DNA of 64,000 bases, taken from positions 44,368-108,367 of the forward strand of contig JAUCBJ010000938.1 of NCBI GenBank assembly GCA_032718475.1. The letters run 5' to 3'. The notes beneath the pieces are model-generated. The model was not told the DNA's origin and ran no database searches. It saw only the letters and a list, made by a program, of their open reading frames with translations. Positions 15,001 through 30,000 of this stretch are shown here, one piece after another. This stretch comes from Nemertoderma westbladi (taxonomy: Eukaryota; Animalia; Xenacoelomorpha). Both the position numbers and the translations under genes were made by a program. Position 1 is the stretch's first letter. Every line of letters begins with the position of its first letter.

Positions 15001-18000
15001 TGTATCCTATAGAGACTAGCTGAGGGGTTCCTGGCCAATGGATCCTATAAAGACTAGCTGAGGGTTTCCTGGCCAATGTATCCTATAGAGACTAGCTGAG
15101 GGGTTCCTGGCCAATGGATCCTATAAAGACTAGCTGAGGGTTTCCTGGCCAATGTATCCTATAGAGACTAGCTGAGGGGTTCCTGGCCAATGGATCCTAT
15201 AAAGACTAGCTGAGGGTTTCCTGGCCAATGTATCCTATAGAGACTAGCTGAGGGGTTCCTGGCCAATGTATCCTATAGAGACTAGCTGAGAGGTTCCTGG
15301 CCAATGGATCCTATAAAGACTAGCTGAGGGTTTCCTGGCCAATGTATCCTATAGAGACTAGCTGAGGGGTTCCTGGCCAATGGATCCTATAAAGACTAGC
15401 TGAGGGTTTCCTGGCCAATGTATCCTATAGAGAGTAGCTTAGAGGTTCCTGGCCAATGTATCCTATAGAGACTAGCTGAGAGGTTCCTGGCCAATGGATC
15501 CTATAAAGACTAGCTGAGGGTTTCCTGGCCAATGTATCCTATAGAGAGTAGCTTAGAGGTTCCTGGCCAATGTATCCTATAGAGACTAGCTGAGAGGTTC
15601 CTGGCCAATGGATCCTATAAAGACTAGCTGAGGGTTTCCTGGCCAATGTATCCTATAGAGACTAGCTTAGAGGTTCCTGGCCAATGTATCCTATAGAGAC
15701 TAGCTGAGGGGTTCCTGGCCAATGGATCCTATAAAGACTAGCTGAGGGTTTCCTGGCCAATGTATCCTATAGAGACTAGCTGAGGGGTTCCTGGCCAATG
15801 TATCCTATAGAGACTAGCTGAGGGGTTCCTGGCCAATGTATCCTATAGAGACTAGCTGAGGGTTTCCTGGCCAATGTATCCTATAGAGACTAGCTGATGG
15901 TTTCCTGGCCAATGGATCCTATAGAGACTAGCTGAGAGGTTCCTGGCCAATGTATCCTATAGAGACTAGCTGAGGGGTTCCTGGCCAATGTATCCTATAG
16001 AGACTAGCTGAGGGGTTCCTGGCCAATGTATCCTATAGAGACTAGCTGAGGGGTTCCTGGCCAATGTATCCTATAGAGACTAGCTGAGGGGTTCCTGGCC
16101 AATGTATCCTATAGAGACTAGCTGAGGGTTTCCTGGCCAATGTATCCTATAGAGACTAGCTGAGGGTTTCCTGGCCAATGTATCCTATAGAGACTAGCTG
16201 ATGGTTTCCTGGCCAATGGATCCTATAGAGACTAGCTGAGAGGTTCCTGGCCAATGGATCCTATAAAGACTAGCTGAGGGTTTCCTGGCCAATGTATCCT
16301 ATAGAGACTAGCTGAGGGGTTCCTGACCAATTGATTTTATAGATACTAGCTTAGAGGTTCCTGGCCAATGGATCCTATAAAGACTAGCTTAGGGGTTCCT
16401 GGCCAATGTATCCTATAGAGACTAGCTGAGGGGTTCCTGGCCAATGTATCCTATAGAGACTAGCTGAGAGGTTCCTGGCCAATGGATCCTATAAAGACTA
16501 GCTTAGGGGTTCCTGGCCAATGTATCCTATAGAGACTAGCTGAGGGGTTCCTGGCCAATGTATCCTATAGAGACTAGCTGAGATGTTCCTGGCCAATGGA
16601 TCCTATAAAGACTAGCTGAGGGTTTCCTGGCCAATGTATCCTATAGAGACTAGCTGAGGGGTTCCTGGCCAATGTATCCTATAGAGACTAGCTGAGATGT
16701 TCCTGGCCAATGGATCCTATAAAGACTAGCTGAGGGTTTCCTGGCCAATGTATCCTATAGAGACTAGCTGAGGGGTTCCTGGCCAATGTATCCTATAGAG
16801 ACTAGCTGAGGGGTTCCTGGCCAATGTATCCTATAGAGACTAGCTGAGGGGTTCCTGGCCAATGTATCCTATAGTGAATAGCTGAGAGGTTCCTGACCAA
16901 TTGATTTTATAGATACTAGCTTAGAGGTTCCTGGCCAATGTATCCTATAGAGACTAGCTGAGGGGTTCCTGGCCAATGTATCCTATAGAGACTAGCTGAG
17001 GGGTTCCTGACCAATTGATTTTATAGATACTAGCTTAGAGGTTCCTGGCCAATGGATCCTATAAAGACTAGCTGAGGGTTTCCTGGCCAATGTATCCTAT
17101 AGAGACTAGCTGAGGGGTTCCTGGCCAATGTATCCTATAGAGACTAGCTGAGGGGTTCCTGACCAATTGATTTTATAGATACTAGCTTAGAGGTTCCTGG
17201 CCAATGTATCCTATAGAGACTAGCTGAGGGGTTCCTGGCCAATGTATCCTATAGAGACTAGCTGAGGGGTTCCTGACCAATTGATTTTATAGATACTAGC
17301 TTAGAGGTTCCTGGCCAATGGATCCTATAAAGACTAGCTGAGGGTTTCCTGGCCAATGTATCCTATAGAGACTAGCTGAGGGGTTCCTGGCCAATGTATC
17401 CTATAGAGACTAGCTGAGGGGTTCCTGGCCAATGTATCCTATAGAGACTAGCTGAGGGGTTCCTGACCAATTGATTTTATAGATACTAGCTTAGAGGTTC
17501 CTGGCCAATGTATCCTATAGAGACTAGCTGAGGGGTTCCTGGCCAATGGATCCTTTAGAGACTAGCTGATGGTTTCCTGACCAATGTATCCTATAGAGAC
17601 TAGCTGATGGTTTCCTGACCAATGTATCCTATAGAGACTAGCTGAGGGGTTCCTGGCCAATGTATCCTATAGAGACTAGCTGAGGGGTTCCTGGCCAATG
17701 TATCCTATAGAGACTAGCTGAGAGGTTCCTGGCCAATGTATCCTATAGAGACTAGCTGAGGGGTTCCTGACCAATGTATCCTATAGAGACTAGCTGAGAG
17801 GTTCCTGGCCAATGGATCCTATAGAGACTAGCTGAGGGGTTCCTGGCCAATGTATCCTATAGAGACTAGCTGAGGGGTTCCTGACCAATTGATTTTATAG
17901 ATACTAGCTTAGAGGTTCCTGGCCAATGTATCCTATAGAGACTAGCTGATGGTTTCCTGACCAATGTATCCTATAGAGACTAGCTGAGGGGTTCCTGGCC

Positions 18001-21000
18001 AATGTATCCTATAGAGACTAGCTGAGGGGTTCCTGGCCAATGTATCCTATAGAGACTAGCTGAGAGGTTCCTGGCCAATGGATCCTATAGAGACTAGCTG
18101 AGGGGTTCCTGGCCAATGTATCCTATAGAGACTAGCTGAGGGGTTCCTGACCAATTGATTTTATAGATACTAGCTTAGAGGTTCCTGGCCAATGTATCCT
18201 ATAGAGACTAGCTGAGGGGTTCCTGGCCAATGGATCCTTTAGAGACTAGCTGATGGTTTCCTGACCAATGTATCCTATAGAGACTAGCTGATGGTTTCCT
18301 GACCAATGTATCCTATAGAGACTAGCTGATGGTTTCCTGACCAATGTATCCTATAGAGACTAGCTGAGGGGTTCCTGGCCAATGTATCCTATAGAGACTA
18401 GCTGAGGGGTTCCTGACCAATTGATTTTATAGATACTAGCTTAGAGGTTCCTGGCCAATGTATCCTATAGAGACTAGCTGAGGGGTTCCTGGCCAATGTA
18501 TCCTATAGAGACTAGCTGATGGTTTCCTGACCAATGTATCCTATAGAGACTAGCTGATGGTTTCCTGACCAATGTATCCTATAGAGACTAGCTGAGGGGT
18601 TCCTGGCCAATGTATCCTATAGAGACTAGCTGAGGGGTTCCTGGCCAATGTATCCTATAGAGACTAGCTGATGGTTTCCTGACCAATGTATCCTATAGAG
18701 ACTAGCTGAGGGTTTCCTGGCCAATGTATCCTATAGAGAGTAGCTTAGAGGTTCCTGGCCAATGTATCCTATAGAGACTAGCTGAGGGGTTCCTGGCCAA
18801 TGTATCCTATAGAGACTAGCTGAGAGGTTCCTGGCCAATGTATCCTATAGAGACTAGCTGAGGGGTTCCTGGCCAATGTATCCTATAGAGACTAGCTGAG
18901 GGTTTCCTGGCCAATGTATCCTATAGAGACTAGCTGAGGGGTTCCTGGCCAATGTATCCTATAGAGACTAGCTGAGGGTTTCCTGGCCAATGGATCCTAT
19001 AGAGACTAGCTGAGAAGTTCCTGGCCAATGTATCCTATAGAGACTAGCTGAGGGTTTCCTGGCCAATGTATCCTATAAAGACTAGCTGAGAGGTTCCTGG
19101 CCAATGTATCCTATAGAGACTAGCTGAGAGGTTCCTGGTCAATGGATCCTATAGAGACTAGCTGAGGGTTTCCTGGCCAATGTATCCTATAAAGACTAGC
19201 TGAGAGGTTCCTGGCCAATGTATCCTATAGAGACTAGCTGAGAGGTTCCTGGTCAATGGATCCTATAGAGACTAGCTGAGGGTATCCTGGCCAATGTATC
19301 CTATAGAGACTAGCTGAGGGGTTCCTGGCCAATGTATCCTATAGAGACTAGCTGAGGGGTTCCTGGCCAATGGATCCTATAGAGACTAGCTGAGAGGTTC
19401 CTGGCCAATGTATCCTATAGAGACTAGCTGAGAGGTTCCTGGCCAATGTATCCTATAGAGACTAGCTGAGAGGCTCCTGGCCAATGTATCCTATAGAGAC
19501 TAGCTGAGAGGTTCCTGGCCAATGTATCCTATAGAGACTAGCTGAGAGGTTCCTGGCCAATGTATCCTATAAAGACTAGCTGAGAGGTTCCTGGCCAATG
19601 TATCCTATAGAGACTAGATGAGGGGTTCCTGGCCAATGTATCCTATAGAGACTAGCTGAGGGTTTCCTGGCCAATGTATCCTATAGAGACTAGCTGAGGG
19701 TTTCCTGGCCAATGTATCCTATAAAGACTAGCTGAGAGGTTCCTGGCCAATGTATCCTATAGAGACTAGCTGAGGGGTTCCTGGCCAATGGATCCTATAG
19801 AGACTAGCTGAGGGTTTCCTGGCCAATGTATCCTATAGAGACTAGCTGAGAGGTTCCTGGCCAATGGATCCTATAAAGACTAGCTGAGGGGTTCCTGGCC
19901 AATGGATCCTATAAAGACTAGCTGAGGGTTTCCTGGCCAATGTATCCTATAGAGACTAGCTGAGAGGTTCCTGGCCAATGGATCCTATAAAGACTAGCTG
20001 AGGGGTTCCTGGCCAATGGATCCTATAAAGACTAGCTGAGGGTTTCCTGGCCAATGTATCCTATAGAGACTAGCTGAGAGGTTCCTGGTCAATGGATCCA
20101 ATAGAGACTAGCTTAGGGGTTCCTGGTCAATGGATCCTATAGAGATTAGCTGAGGGGTTCCTGGCCAATGTATCCTATAGAGACTAGCTGAGGGGTTCCT
20201 GGCCAATGGATCCTATAGAGACTAGCTGAGGGTTTCCTGGCCAATGTATCCTATAGAGACTAGCTGAGAGGTTCCTGGCCAATGGATCCTATAAAGACTA
20301 GCTGAGGGGTTCCTGGCCAATGTATCCTATAGAGACTAGCTGAGGGTTTCCTGGCCAATGTATCCTATAGAGACTAGCTGATGGTTTCCTGACCAATGTA
20401 TCCTATAGAGACTAGCTGAGGGGTTCCTGGCCAATGTATCCTATAGAGACTAGCTGAGGGGTTCCTGGCCAATGTATCCTATAGAGACTAGCTGAGGGGT
20501 TCCTGACCAATTGATTTTATAGATACTAGCTTAGAGGTTCCTGGCCAATGTATCCTATAGAGACTAGCTGAGGGGTTCCTGGCCAATGTATCCTATAGAG
20601 ACTAGCTGAGAGGTTCCTGGCCAATGGATCCTATAAAGACTAGCTGAGGGGTTCCTGGCCAATGGATCCTATAGAGACTAGCTGAGGGTTTCCTGGCCAA
20701 TGTATCCTATAGAGACTAGCTGAGAGGTTCCTGGCCAATGGATCCTATAAAGACTAGCTGAGGGGTTCCTGGCCAATGGATCCTATAAAGACTAGCTGAG
20801 GGGTTCCTGGCCAATGGATCCTATAGAGACTAGCTGAGGGTTTCCTGGCCAATGTATCCTATAGAGACTAGCTGAGGGGTTCCTGACCAATTGATTTTAT
20901 AGATACTAGCTTAGAGGTTCCTGGCCAATGTATCCTATAGAGACTAGCTGAGAGGTTCCTGGCCAATGTATCCTATAGAGACTAGCTGAGAGGTTCCTGG

Positions 21001-24000
21001 CCAATGTATCCTATAGAGACTAGCTGAGGGGTTCCTGGCCAATGTATCCTATAGAGACTAGCTGAGAGGTTCCTGGCCAATGGATCCTATAAAGACTAGC
21101 TGAGGGGTTCCTGGCCAATGGATCCTATAGAGACTAGCTGAGGGTTTCCTGGCCAATGTATCCTATAGAGACTAGCTGAGGGCTTCCTGACCAATTGATT
21201 TTATAGAGACTAGCTTAGAGGTTCCTGGCCAATGGATCCTATAGAGACTAGCTGAGGGTTTCCTGGCCAATGTATCCTATAGAGACTAGCTGAGGGCTTC
21301 CTGACCAATTGATTTTATAGAGACTAGCTTAGAGGTTCCTGGCCAATGGATCCTATAGAGACTAGCTGAGGGCTTCCTGACCAATTGATTTTATAGAGAC
21401 TAGCTTAGAGGTTCCTGGCCAATGTATCCTATAGAGACTAGCTTAGAGGTTCCTGGCCAATGTATCCTATAGAGACTAGCTGAGAGGTTCCTGGCCAATG
21501 TATCCTATAGAGACTAGCTGAGGGGTTCCTGGCCAATGTATCCTATAGAGACTAGCTTAGAGGTTCCTGGCCAATGTATCCTATAGAGACTAGCTGAGAG
21601 GTTCCTGGCCAATGGATCCTATAAAGACTAGCTGAGGGGTTCCTGGCCAATGGATCCTATAGAGACTAGCTGAGGGGTTCCTGGCCAATGGATCCTATAG
21701 AGACTAGCTGATGGGTTCCTGGCCAATGGATCCTATAGAGACTAGCTGATGGGTTCCTGGTCAATGGATCCTATAGTGACTAGCTGAGGGGTTCCTGGCC
21801 AATGTATCCTATAGAGACTAGCTGAGAGGTTCCTGGCCAATGTATCCTATAGAGACTAGCTGAGGGGTTCCTGGCCAATGGATCCTATAGAGACTAGCTG
21901 AGGGTTTCCTGGCCAATGTATCCTATAGAGACTAGCTGAGAGGTTCCTGGCCAATGTATCCTATAGAGACTAGCTGAGGGGTTCCTGGCCAATGTATCCT
22001 ATAGAGACTAGCTGAGAGGTTCCTGGCCAATGTATCCTATAGAGACTAGCTGAGAGGTTCCTGGCCAATGGATCCTATAAAGACTAGCTGAGGGGTTCCT
22101 GGCCAATGGATCCTATAGAGACTAGCTGAGAAGTTCCTGGCCAATGGATCCTTTAGAGACTAGCTGAGGGTTTCCTGGCCAATGGATCCAATAGATACTA
22201 GCTGAGAGGTTCCTGGCCAATGGATCCTATAAAGACTAGCTGAGGGGTTCCTGGCCAATGGATCCTATAGAGACTAGCTGAGGGTTTCCTGGCCAATGGA
22301 TCCTATAGAGACTAGCTGAGAGGTTCCTGGCCAATGGATCCTATAAAGACTAGCTGATGGTTTCCTGGCCAATGGATCCTATAGAGACTAGCTGAGAGGT
22401 TCCTGGCCAATGGATCCTATAGAGACTAGCTGAGAAGTTCCTGGCCAATGGATCCTTTAGAGACTAGCTGAGGGTTTCCTGGCCAATGGATCCAATAGAT
22501 ACTAGCTGAGAGGTTCCTGGCCAATGGATCCTATAAAGACTAGCTGAGGGGTTCCTGGCCAATGGATCCTATAGAGACTAGCTGAGGGTTTCCTGGCCAA
22601 TGGATCCTATAGAGACTAGCTGAGAGGTTCCTGGCCAATGGATCCTATAGAGACTAGCTGAGGGGTTCCTGGCCAATGGATCCTATAGAGACTAGCTGAT
22701 GGGTTCCTGGCCAATGGATCCTATAGAGACTAGCTGATGGGTTCCTGGTCAATGGATCCTATAGTGACTAGCTGAGGGGTTCCTGGCCAATGTATCCTAT
22801 AGAGACTAGCTGAGAGGTTCCTGGCCAATGTATCCTATAGAGACTAGCTGAGGGGTTCCTGGCCAATGGATCCTATAGAGACTAGCTGAGGGTTTCCTGG
22901 CCAATGTATCCTATAAAGACTAGCTGAGGGGTTCCTGGCCAATGGATCCTATAGAGACTAGCTGAGGGTTTCCTGGCCAATGGATCCTATAGTGACTAGC
23001 TGAGAGGTTCCTGGCCAATGGATCCTATAGAGACTAGCTGAGGGGTTCCTGGCCAATGGATCCTATAGAGACTAGCTGAGAGGTTCCTGGCCAATGTATC
23101 CTATAGAGACTAGCTGAGGGGTTCCTGGCCAATGTATCCTATAGAGACTAGCTGAGAGGTTCCTGGCCAATGTATCCTATAGAGACTAGCTGAGAGGTTC
23201 CTGGCCAATGTATCCTATAGAGACTAGCTGAGGGGTTCCTGGCCAATGTATCCTATAGAGACTAGCTGAGAGGTTCCTGGCCAATGTATCCTATAGAGAC
23301 TAGCTGAGGGGTTCCTGGCCAATGGATCCTATAGAGACTAGCTGAGGGTTTCCTGGCCAATGGATCCTATAGTGACTAGCTGAGGGGTTCCTGGCCAATG
23401 GATCCTATAGAGACTAGCTGAGGGTTTCCTGGCCAATGGATCCTATAGAGACTAGCTGAGGGGTTCCTGGCCAATGGATCCTATAGAGACTAGCTGAGGG
23501 TTTCCTGGCCAATGGATCCTATAGTGACTAGCTGAGGGGTTCCTGGCCAATGGATCCTATAGAGACTAGCTGAGGGGTTCCTGGCCAATGTATCCTATAG
23601 AGACTAGCTGAGAGGTTCCTGGCCAATGTATCCTATAGAGACTAGCTGAGAGGTTCCTGGCCAATGTATCCTATAGAGACTAGCTGAGGGGTTCCTGGCC
23701 AATGTATCCTATAGAGACTAGCTGAGAGGTTCCTGGCCAATGTATCCTATAGAGACTAGCTGAGAGGTTCCTGGCCAATGGATCCTATAAAGACTAGCTG
23801 AGGGGTTCCTGGCCAATGGATCCTATAGAGACTAGCTGAGGGTTTCCTGGCCAATGGATCCTATAGTGACTAGCTGAGGGGTTCCTGGCCAATGGATCCT
23901 ATAGAGACTAGCTGAGGGGTTCCTGGCCAATGTATCCTATAGAGACAAGCTGAGAGGTTCCTGACCAATTGATTTTATAGATACTAGCTTAGAGGTTCCT

Positions 24001-27000
24001 GGCCAATGTATCCTATAGAGACTAGCTGAGGGGTTCCTGGCCAATGGATCCTATAGAGACTAGCTGAGGGGTTCCTGACCAATTGATTTTATAGATACTA
24101 GCTTAGAGGTTCCTGGCCAATGTATCCTATAGAGACTAGCTGAGGGGTTCCTGGCCAATGTATCCTATAGAGACTAGCTGAGGGGTTCCTGACCAATTGA
24201 TTTTATAGAGACTAGCTTAGAGGTTCCTGGCCAATGTATCCTATAGAGACTAGCTGAGAGGTTCCTGGCCAATGGATCCTATAAAGACTAGCTGAGGGGT
24301 TCCTGGCCAATGGATCCTATAGAGACTAGCTGAGGGGTTCCTGGCCAATGGATCCTATAGAGACTAGCTGATGGGTTCCTGGTCAATGTATCCTATAGAG
24401 ACTAGCTGAGAGGTTCCTGGCCAATGGATCCTATAAAGACTAGCTGAGGGGTTCCTGGCCAATGGATCCTATAGAGACTAGCTGAGGGTTTCCTGGCCAA
24501 TGGATCCTATAGAGACTAGCTGAGGGGTTCCTGGCCAATGTATCCTATAGAGACTAGCTTAGAGGTTCCTGGCCAATGTATCCTATAGAGACTAGCTGAG
24601 AGGTTCCTGGCCAATGGATCCTATAAAGACTAGCTGAGGGGTTCCTGGCCAATGGATCCTATAGAGACTAGCTGAGGGGTTCCTGGCCAATGGATCCTAT
24701 AGAGACTAGCTGATGGGTTCCTGGCCAATGGATCCTATAGAGACTAGCTGATGGGTTCCTGGTCAATGGATCCTATAGTGACTAGCTGAGGGGTTCCTGG
24801 CCAATGTATCCTATAGAGACTAGCTGAGAGGTTCCTGGCCAATGTATCCTATAGAGACTAGCTGAGGGGTTCCTGGCCAATGGATCCTATAGAGACTAGC
24901 TGAGGGTTTCCTGGCCAATGTATCCTATAAAGACTAGCTGAGGGGTTCCTGGCCAATGGATCCTATAGAGACTAGCTGAGGGTTTCCTGGCCAATGGATC
25001 CTATAGTGACTAGCTGAGGGGTTCCTGGCCAATGGATCCTATAGAGACTAGCTGAGGGGTTCCTGGCCAATGTATCCTATAGAGACTAGCTGAGAAGTTC
25101 CTGGCCAATGGATCCTTTAGAGACTAGCTGAGGGTTTCCTGGCCAATGGATCCAATAGATACTAGCTGAGAGGTTCCTGGCCAATGGATCCTATAAAGAC
25201 TAGCTGAGGGGTTCCTGGCCAATGGATCCTATAGAGACTAGCTGAGAGGTTCCTGGCCAATGTATCCTATAGAGACTAGCTGAGAGGTTCCTGGCCAATG
25301 GATCCAATAGATACTAGCTGAGGGGTTCCTGGCCAATGTATCCTATAGAGACTAGCTGAGGGGTTCCTGGCCAATGTATCCTATAGAGACTAGCTGAGAG
25401 GTTCCTGGCCAATGGATCCTATAAAGACTAGCTGAGGGTTTCCTGGCCAATGGATCCAATAGATACTAGCTGAGAGGTTCCTGGCCAATGGATCCTATAA
25501 AGACTAGCTGAGGGTTTCCTGGCCAATGGATCCAATAGAGACTAGCTGAGGGTTTCCTGGCCAATGTATCCTATAGAGACTAGCTGAGGGGTTCCTGGCC
25601 AATGGATCCTATAAAGACTAGCTGAGGGTTTCCTGGCCAATGGATCCAATAGATACTAGCTGAGAGGTTCCTGGCCAATGGATCCTATAAAGACTAGCTG
25701 AGGGGTTCCTGGCCAATGTATCCTATAGAGACTAGCTGAGAGGTTCCTGGCCAATGTATCCTATAGAGACTAGCTGAGAGGTTCCTGGCCAATGTATCCT
25801 ATAAAGACTAGCTGAGGGGTTCCTGGCCAATGGATCCTATAGAGACTAGCTGAGAAGTTCCTGGCCAATGGATCCTTTAGAGACTAGCTGAGGGTTTCCT
25901 GGCCAATGGATCCAATAGATACTAGCTGAGAGGTTCCTGGCCAATGGATCCTATAAAGACTAGCTGAGGGGTTCCTGGCCAATGGATCCTATAGAGACTA
26001 GCTGAGGGTTTCCTGGCCAATGGATCCTATAGAGACTAGCTGAGAGGTTCCTGGCCAATGGATCCTATAAAGACTAGCTGATGGTTTCCTGGCCAATGGA
26101 TCCTATAGAGACTAGCTGAGAGGTTCCTGGCCAATGGATCCTATAGAGACTAGCTGAGAAGTTCCTGGCCAATGGATCCTTTAGAGACTAGCTGAGGGTT
26201 TCCTGGCCAATGGATCCAATAGATACTAGCTGAGAGGTTCCTGGCCAATGGATCCTATAAAGACTAGCTGAGGGGTTCCTGGCCAATGGATCCTATAGAG
26301 ACTAGCTGAGGGTTTCCTGGCCAATGGATCCTATAGAGACTAGCTGAGAGGTTCCTGGCCAATGGATCCTATAGAGACTAGCTGAGGGGTTCCTGGCCAA
26401 TGGATCCTATAGAGACTAGCTGATGGGTTCCTGGCCAATGGATCCTATAGAGACTAGCTGATGGGTTCCTGGTCAATGGATCCTATAGTGACTAGCTGAG
26501 GGGTTCCTGGCCAATGTATCCTATAGAGACTAGCTGAGAGGTTCCTGGCCAATGTATCCTATAGAGACTAGCTGAGGGGTTCCTGGCCAATGGATCCTAT
26601 AGAGACTAGCTGAGGGTTTCCTGGCCAATGTATCCTATAAAGACTAGCTGAGGGGTTCCTGGCCCATGGATCCTATAGAGACTAGCTGAGGGTTTCCTGG
26701 CCAATGGATCCTATAGTGACTAGCTGAGGGGTTCCTGGCCAATGGATCCTATAGAGACTAGCTGAGGGGTTCCTGGCCAATGTATCCTATAGAGACTAGC
26801 TGAGAGGTTCCTGGCCAATGTATCCTATAGAGACTAGCTGAGAGGTTCCTGGCCAATGTATCCTATAGAGACTAGCTGAGGGGTTCCTGGCCAATGTATC
26901 CTATAGAGACTAGCTGAGAGGTTCCTGGCCAATGTATCCTATAGAGACTAGCTGAGAGGTTCCTGGCCAATGGATCCTATAAAGACTAGCTGAGGGGTTC

Positions 27001-30000
27001 CTGGCCAATGGATCCTATAGAGACTAGCTGAGGGTTTCCTGGCCAATGGATCCTATAGTGACTAGCTGAGGGGTTCCTGGCCAATGGATCCTATAGAGAC
27101 TAGCTGAGGGGTTCCTGGCCAATGTATCCTATAGAGACTAGCTGAGAGGTTCCTGACTAATTGATTTTATAGATACTAGCTTAGAGGTTCCTGGCCAATG
27201 TATCCTATAGAGACTAGCTGAGGGGTTCCTGGCCAGTGGATCCTATAGAGACTAGCTGAGAGGTTCCTGGCCAATGGATCCTATAGAGACTAGCTGAGGG
27301 GTTCCTGGCCAATGGATCCTAGAGAGACTAGCTGAGGGGTTCCTGACCAATTGATTTTATAGATACTAGCTTAGAGGTTCCTGGCCAATGTATCCTATAG
27401 AGACTAGCTGAGGGGTTCCTGGCCAATGTATCCTATAGAGACTAGCTGAGGGGTTCCTGACCAATTGATTTTATAGAGACTAGCTTAGAGGTTCCTGGCC
27501 AATGTATCCTATAGAGACTAGCTGAGAGGTTCCTGGCCAATGGATCCTATAAAGACTAGCTGAGGGGTTCCTGGCCAATGGATCCTATAGAGACTAGCTG
27601 AGGGGTTCCTGGCCAATGGATCCTATAGAGACTAGCTGATGGGTTCCTGGTCAATGTATCCTATAGAGACTAGCTGAGAGGTTCCTGGCCAATGGATCCT
27701 ATAGAGACTAGCTGAGGGGTTCCTGGCCAATGGATCCTATAGAGACTAGCTGAGGGGTTCCTGACCAATTGATTTTATAGATACTAGCTTAGAGGTTCCT
27801 GGCCAATGTATCCTATAGAGACTAGCTGAGGGGTTCCTGGCCAATGTATCCTATAGAGACTAGCTGAGGGGTTCCTGACCAATTGATTTTATAGAGACTA
27901 GCTTAGAGGTTCCTGGCCAATGTATCCCATAGAGACTAGCTGAGAGGTTCCTGGCCAATGGATCCTATAAAGACTAGCTGAGGGGTTCCTGGCCAATGGA
28001 TCCTATAGAGACTAGCTGAGGGGTTCCTGGCCAATGGATCCTATAAAGACTAGCTGAGAGGTTCCTGGCCAATGGATCCTATAGAGACTAGCTGAGGGGT
28101 TCCTGGCCAATGGATCCTATAGAGACTAGCTGATGGGTTCCTGGTCAATGTATCCTATAGAGACTAGCTGAGAGGTTCCTGGCCAATGGATCCTATAAAG
28201 ACTAGCTGAGGGGTTCCTGGCCAATGGATCCTATAGAGACTAGCTGAGGGTTTCCTGGCCAATGGATCCTATAGTGACTAGCTGAGGGGTTCCTGGCCAA
28301 TGGATCCAATAGAGAGACTAGCTGAGGGTTTCCTGGCCAATGTATCCTATAGAGACTAGCTGATGGTTTCCTGGCCAATGTATCCTATAGAGACTAGCTG
28401 AGAGGTTCCTGGCCAATGTATCCTATAGAGACTAGCTGAGAGGTTCCTGGCCAATGGATCCTATAAAGACTAGCTGAGGGTTTCCTGGCCAATGTATCCT
28501 ATAGAGACTAGCTGAGAGGTTCCTGGCCAATGGATCCTATAGAGACTAGCTGAGGGGTTCCTGGCCAATGGATCCTATAGAGACTAGCTGATGGGTTCCT
28601 GGTCAATGTATCCTATAGAGACTAGCTGAGAGGTTCCTGGCCAATGGATCCTATAAAGACTAGCTGAGGGGTTCCTGGCCAATGGATCCTATAGAGACTA
28701 GCTGAGGGTTTCCTGGCCAATGGATCCTATAGTGACTAGCTGAGGGGTTCCTGGCCAATGGATCCAATAGAGAGACTAGCTGAGGGTTTCCTGGCCAATG
28801 TATCCTATAGAGACTAGCTGATGGTTTCCTGGCCAATGTATCCTATAGAGACTAGCTGAGAGGTTCCTGGCCAATGTATCCTATAGAGACTAGCTGAGAG
28901 GTTCCTGGCCAATGTATCCTATAGAGACTAGCTGAGAGGTTCCTGGCCAATGGATCCTATAGAGACTAGCTGAGGGGTTCCTGGCCAATGGATCCTATAG
29001 AGACTAGCTGATGGGTTCCTGGTCAATGGATCCTATAGTGACTAGCTGAGGGGTTCCTGGCCAATGGATCCTATAGAGACTAGCTGAGGGGTTCCTGGCC
29101 AATGTATCCTATAGAGACTAGCTGAGAGGTTCCTGGCCAATGGATCCTATAGAGACTAGCTGATGGGTTCCTGGTCAATGGATCCTATAGTGACTAGCTG
29201 AGGGGTTCCTGGCCAATGGATCCTATAGAGACTAGCTGAGGGGTTCCTGGCCAATGTATCCTATAGAGACTAGCTGAGAGGTTCCTGGCCAATGGATCCT
29301 ATAGAGACTAGCTGAGAGGTTCCTGGCCAATGTATCCTATAGAGACTAGCTGAGGGGTTCCTGGTCAATGGATCCTATAGTGACTAGCTGAGGGGTTCCT
29401 GGCCAATGGATCCTATAGAGACTAGCTGATGGGTTCCTGGTCAATGGATCCTATAGTGACTAGCTGAGGGGTTCCTGGCCAATGGATCCTATAGAGACTA
29501 GCTGAGGGGTTCCTGGCCAATGTATCCTATAGAGACTAGCTGAGGGGTTCCTGGTCAATGGATCCTATAGTGACTAGCTGAGGGGTTCCTGGCCAATGGA
29601 TCCTATAGAGACTAGCTGAGGGGTTCCTGGCCAATGGATCCTATAGAGACTAGCTGATGGGTTCCTGGCCAATGGATCCTATAGAGACTAGCTGAGGGGT
29701 TCCTGGTCAATGGATCCTATAGAGACTAGCTGAGGGGTTCCTGGTCAATGGATCCTATAGAGACTAGCTGAGGGGTTCCTGGTCAATGGATCCTATAGTG
29801 ACTAGCTGAGGGGTTCCTGGCCAATGGATCCTATAGAGACTAGCTGAGAGGTTCCTGGCCAATGGATCCTATAGAGACTAGCTGAGAGCTTCCTGGCCAA
29901 TGGATCCTATAGAGACTAGCTGATGGGTTCCTGGTCAATGGATCCTATAGTGACTAGCTGAGGGGTTCCTGGCCAATGGATCCTATAGAGACTAGCTGAG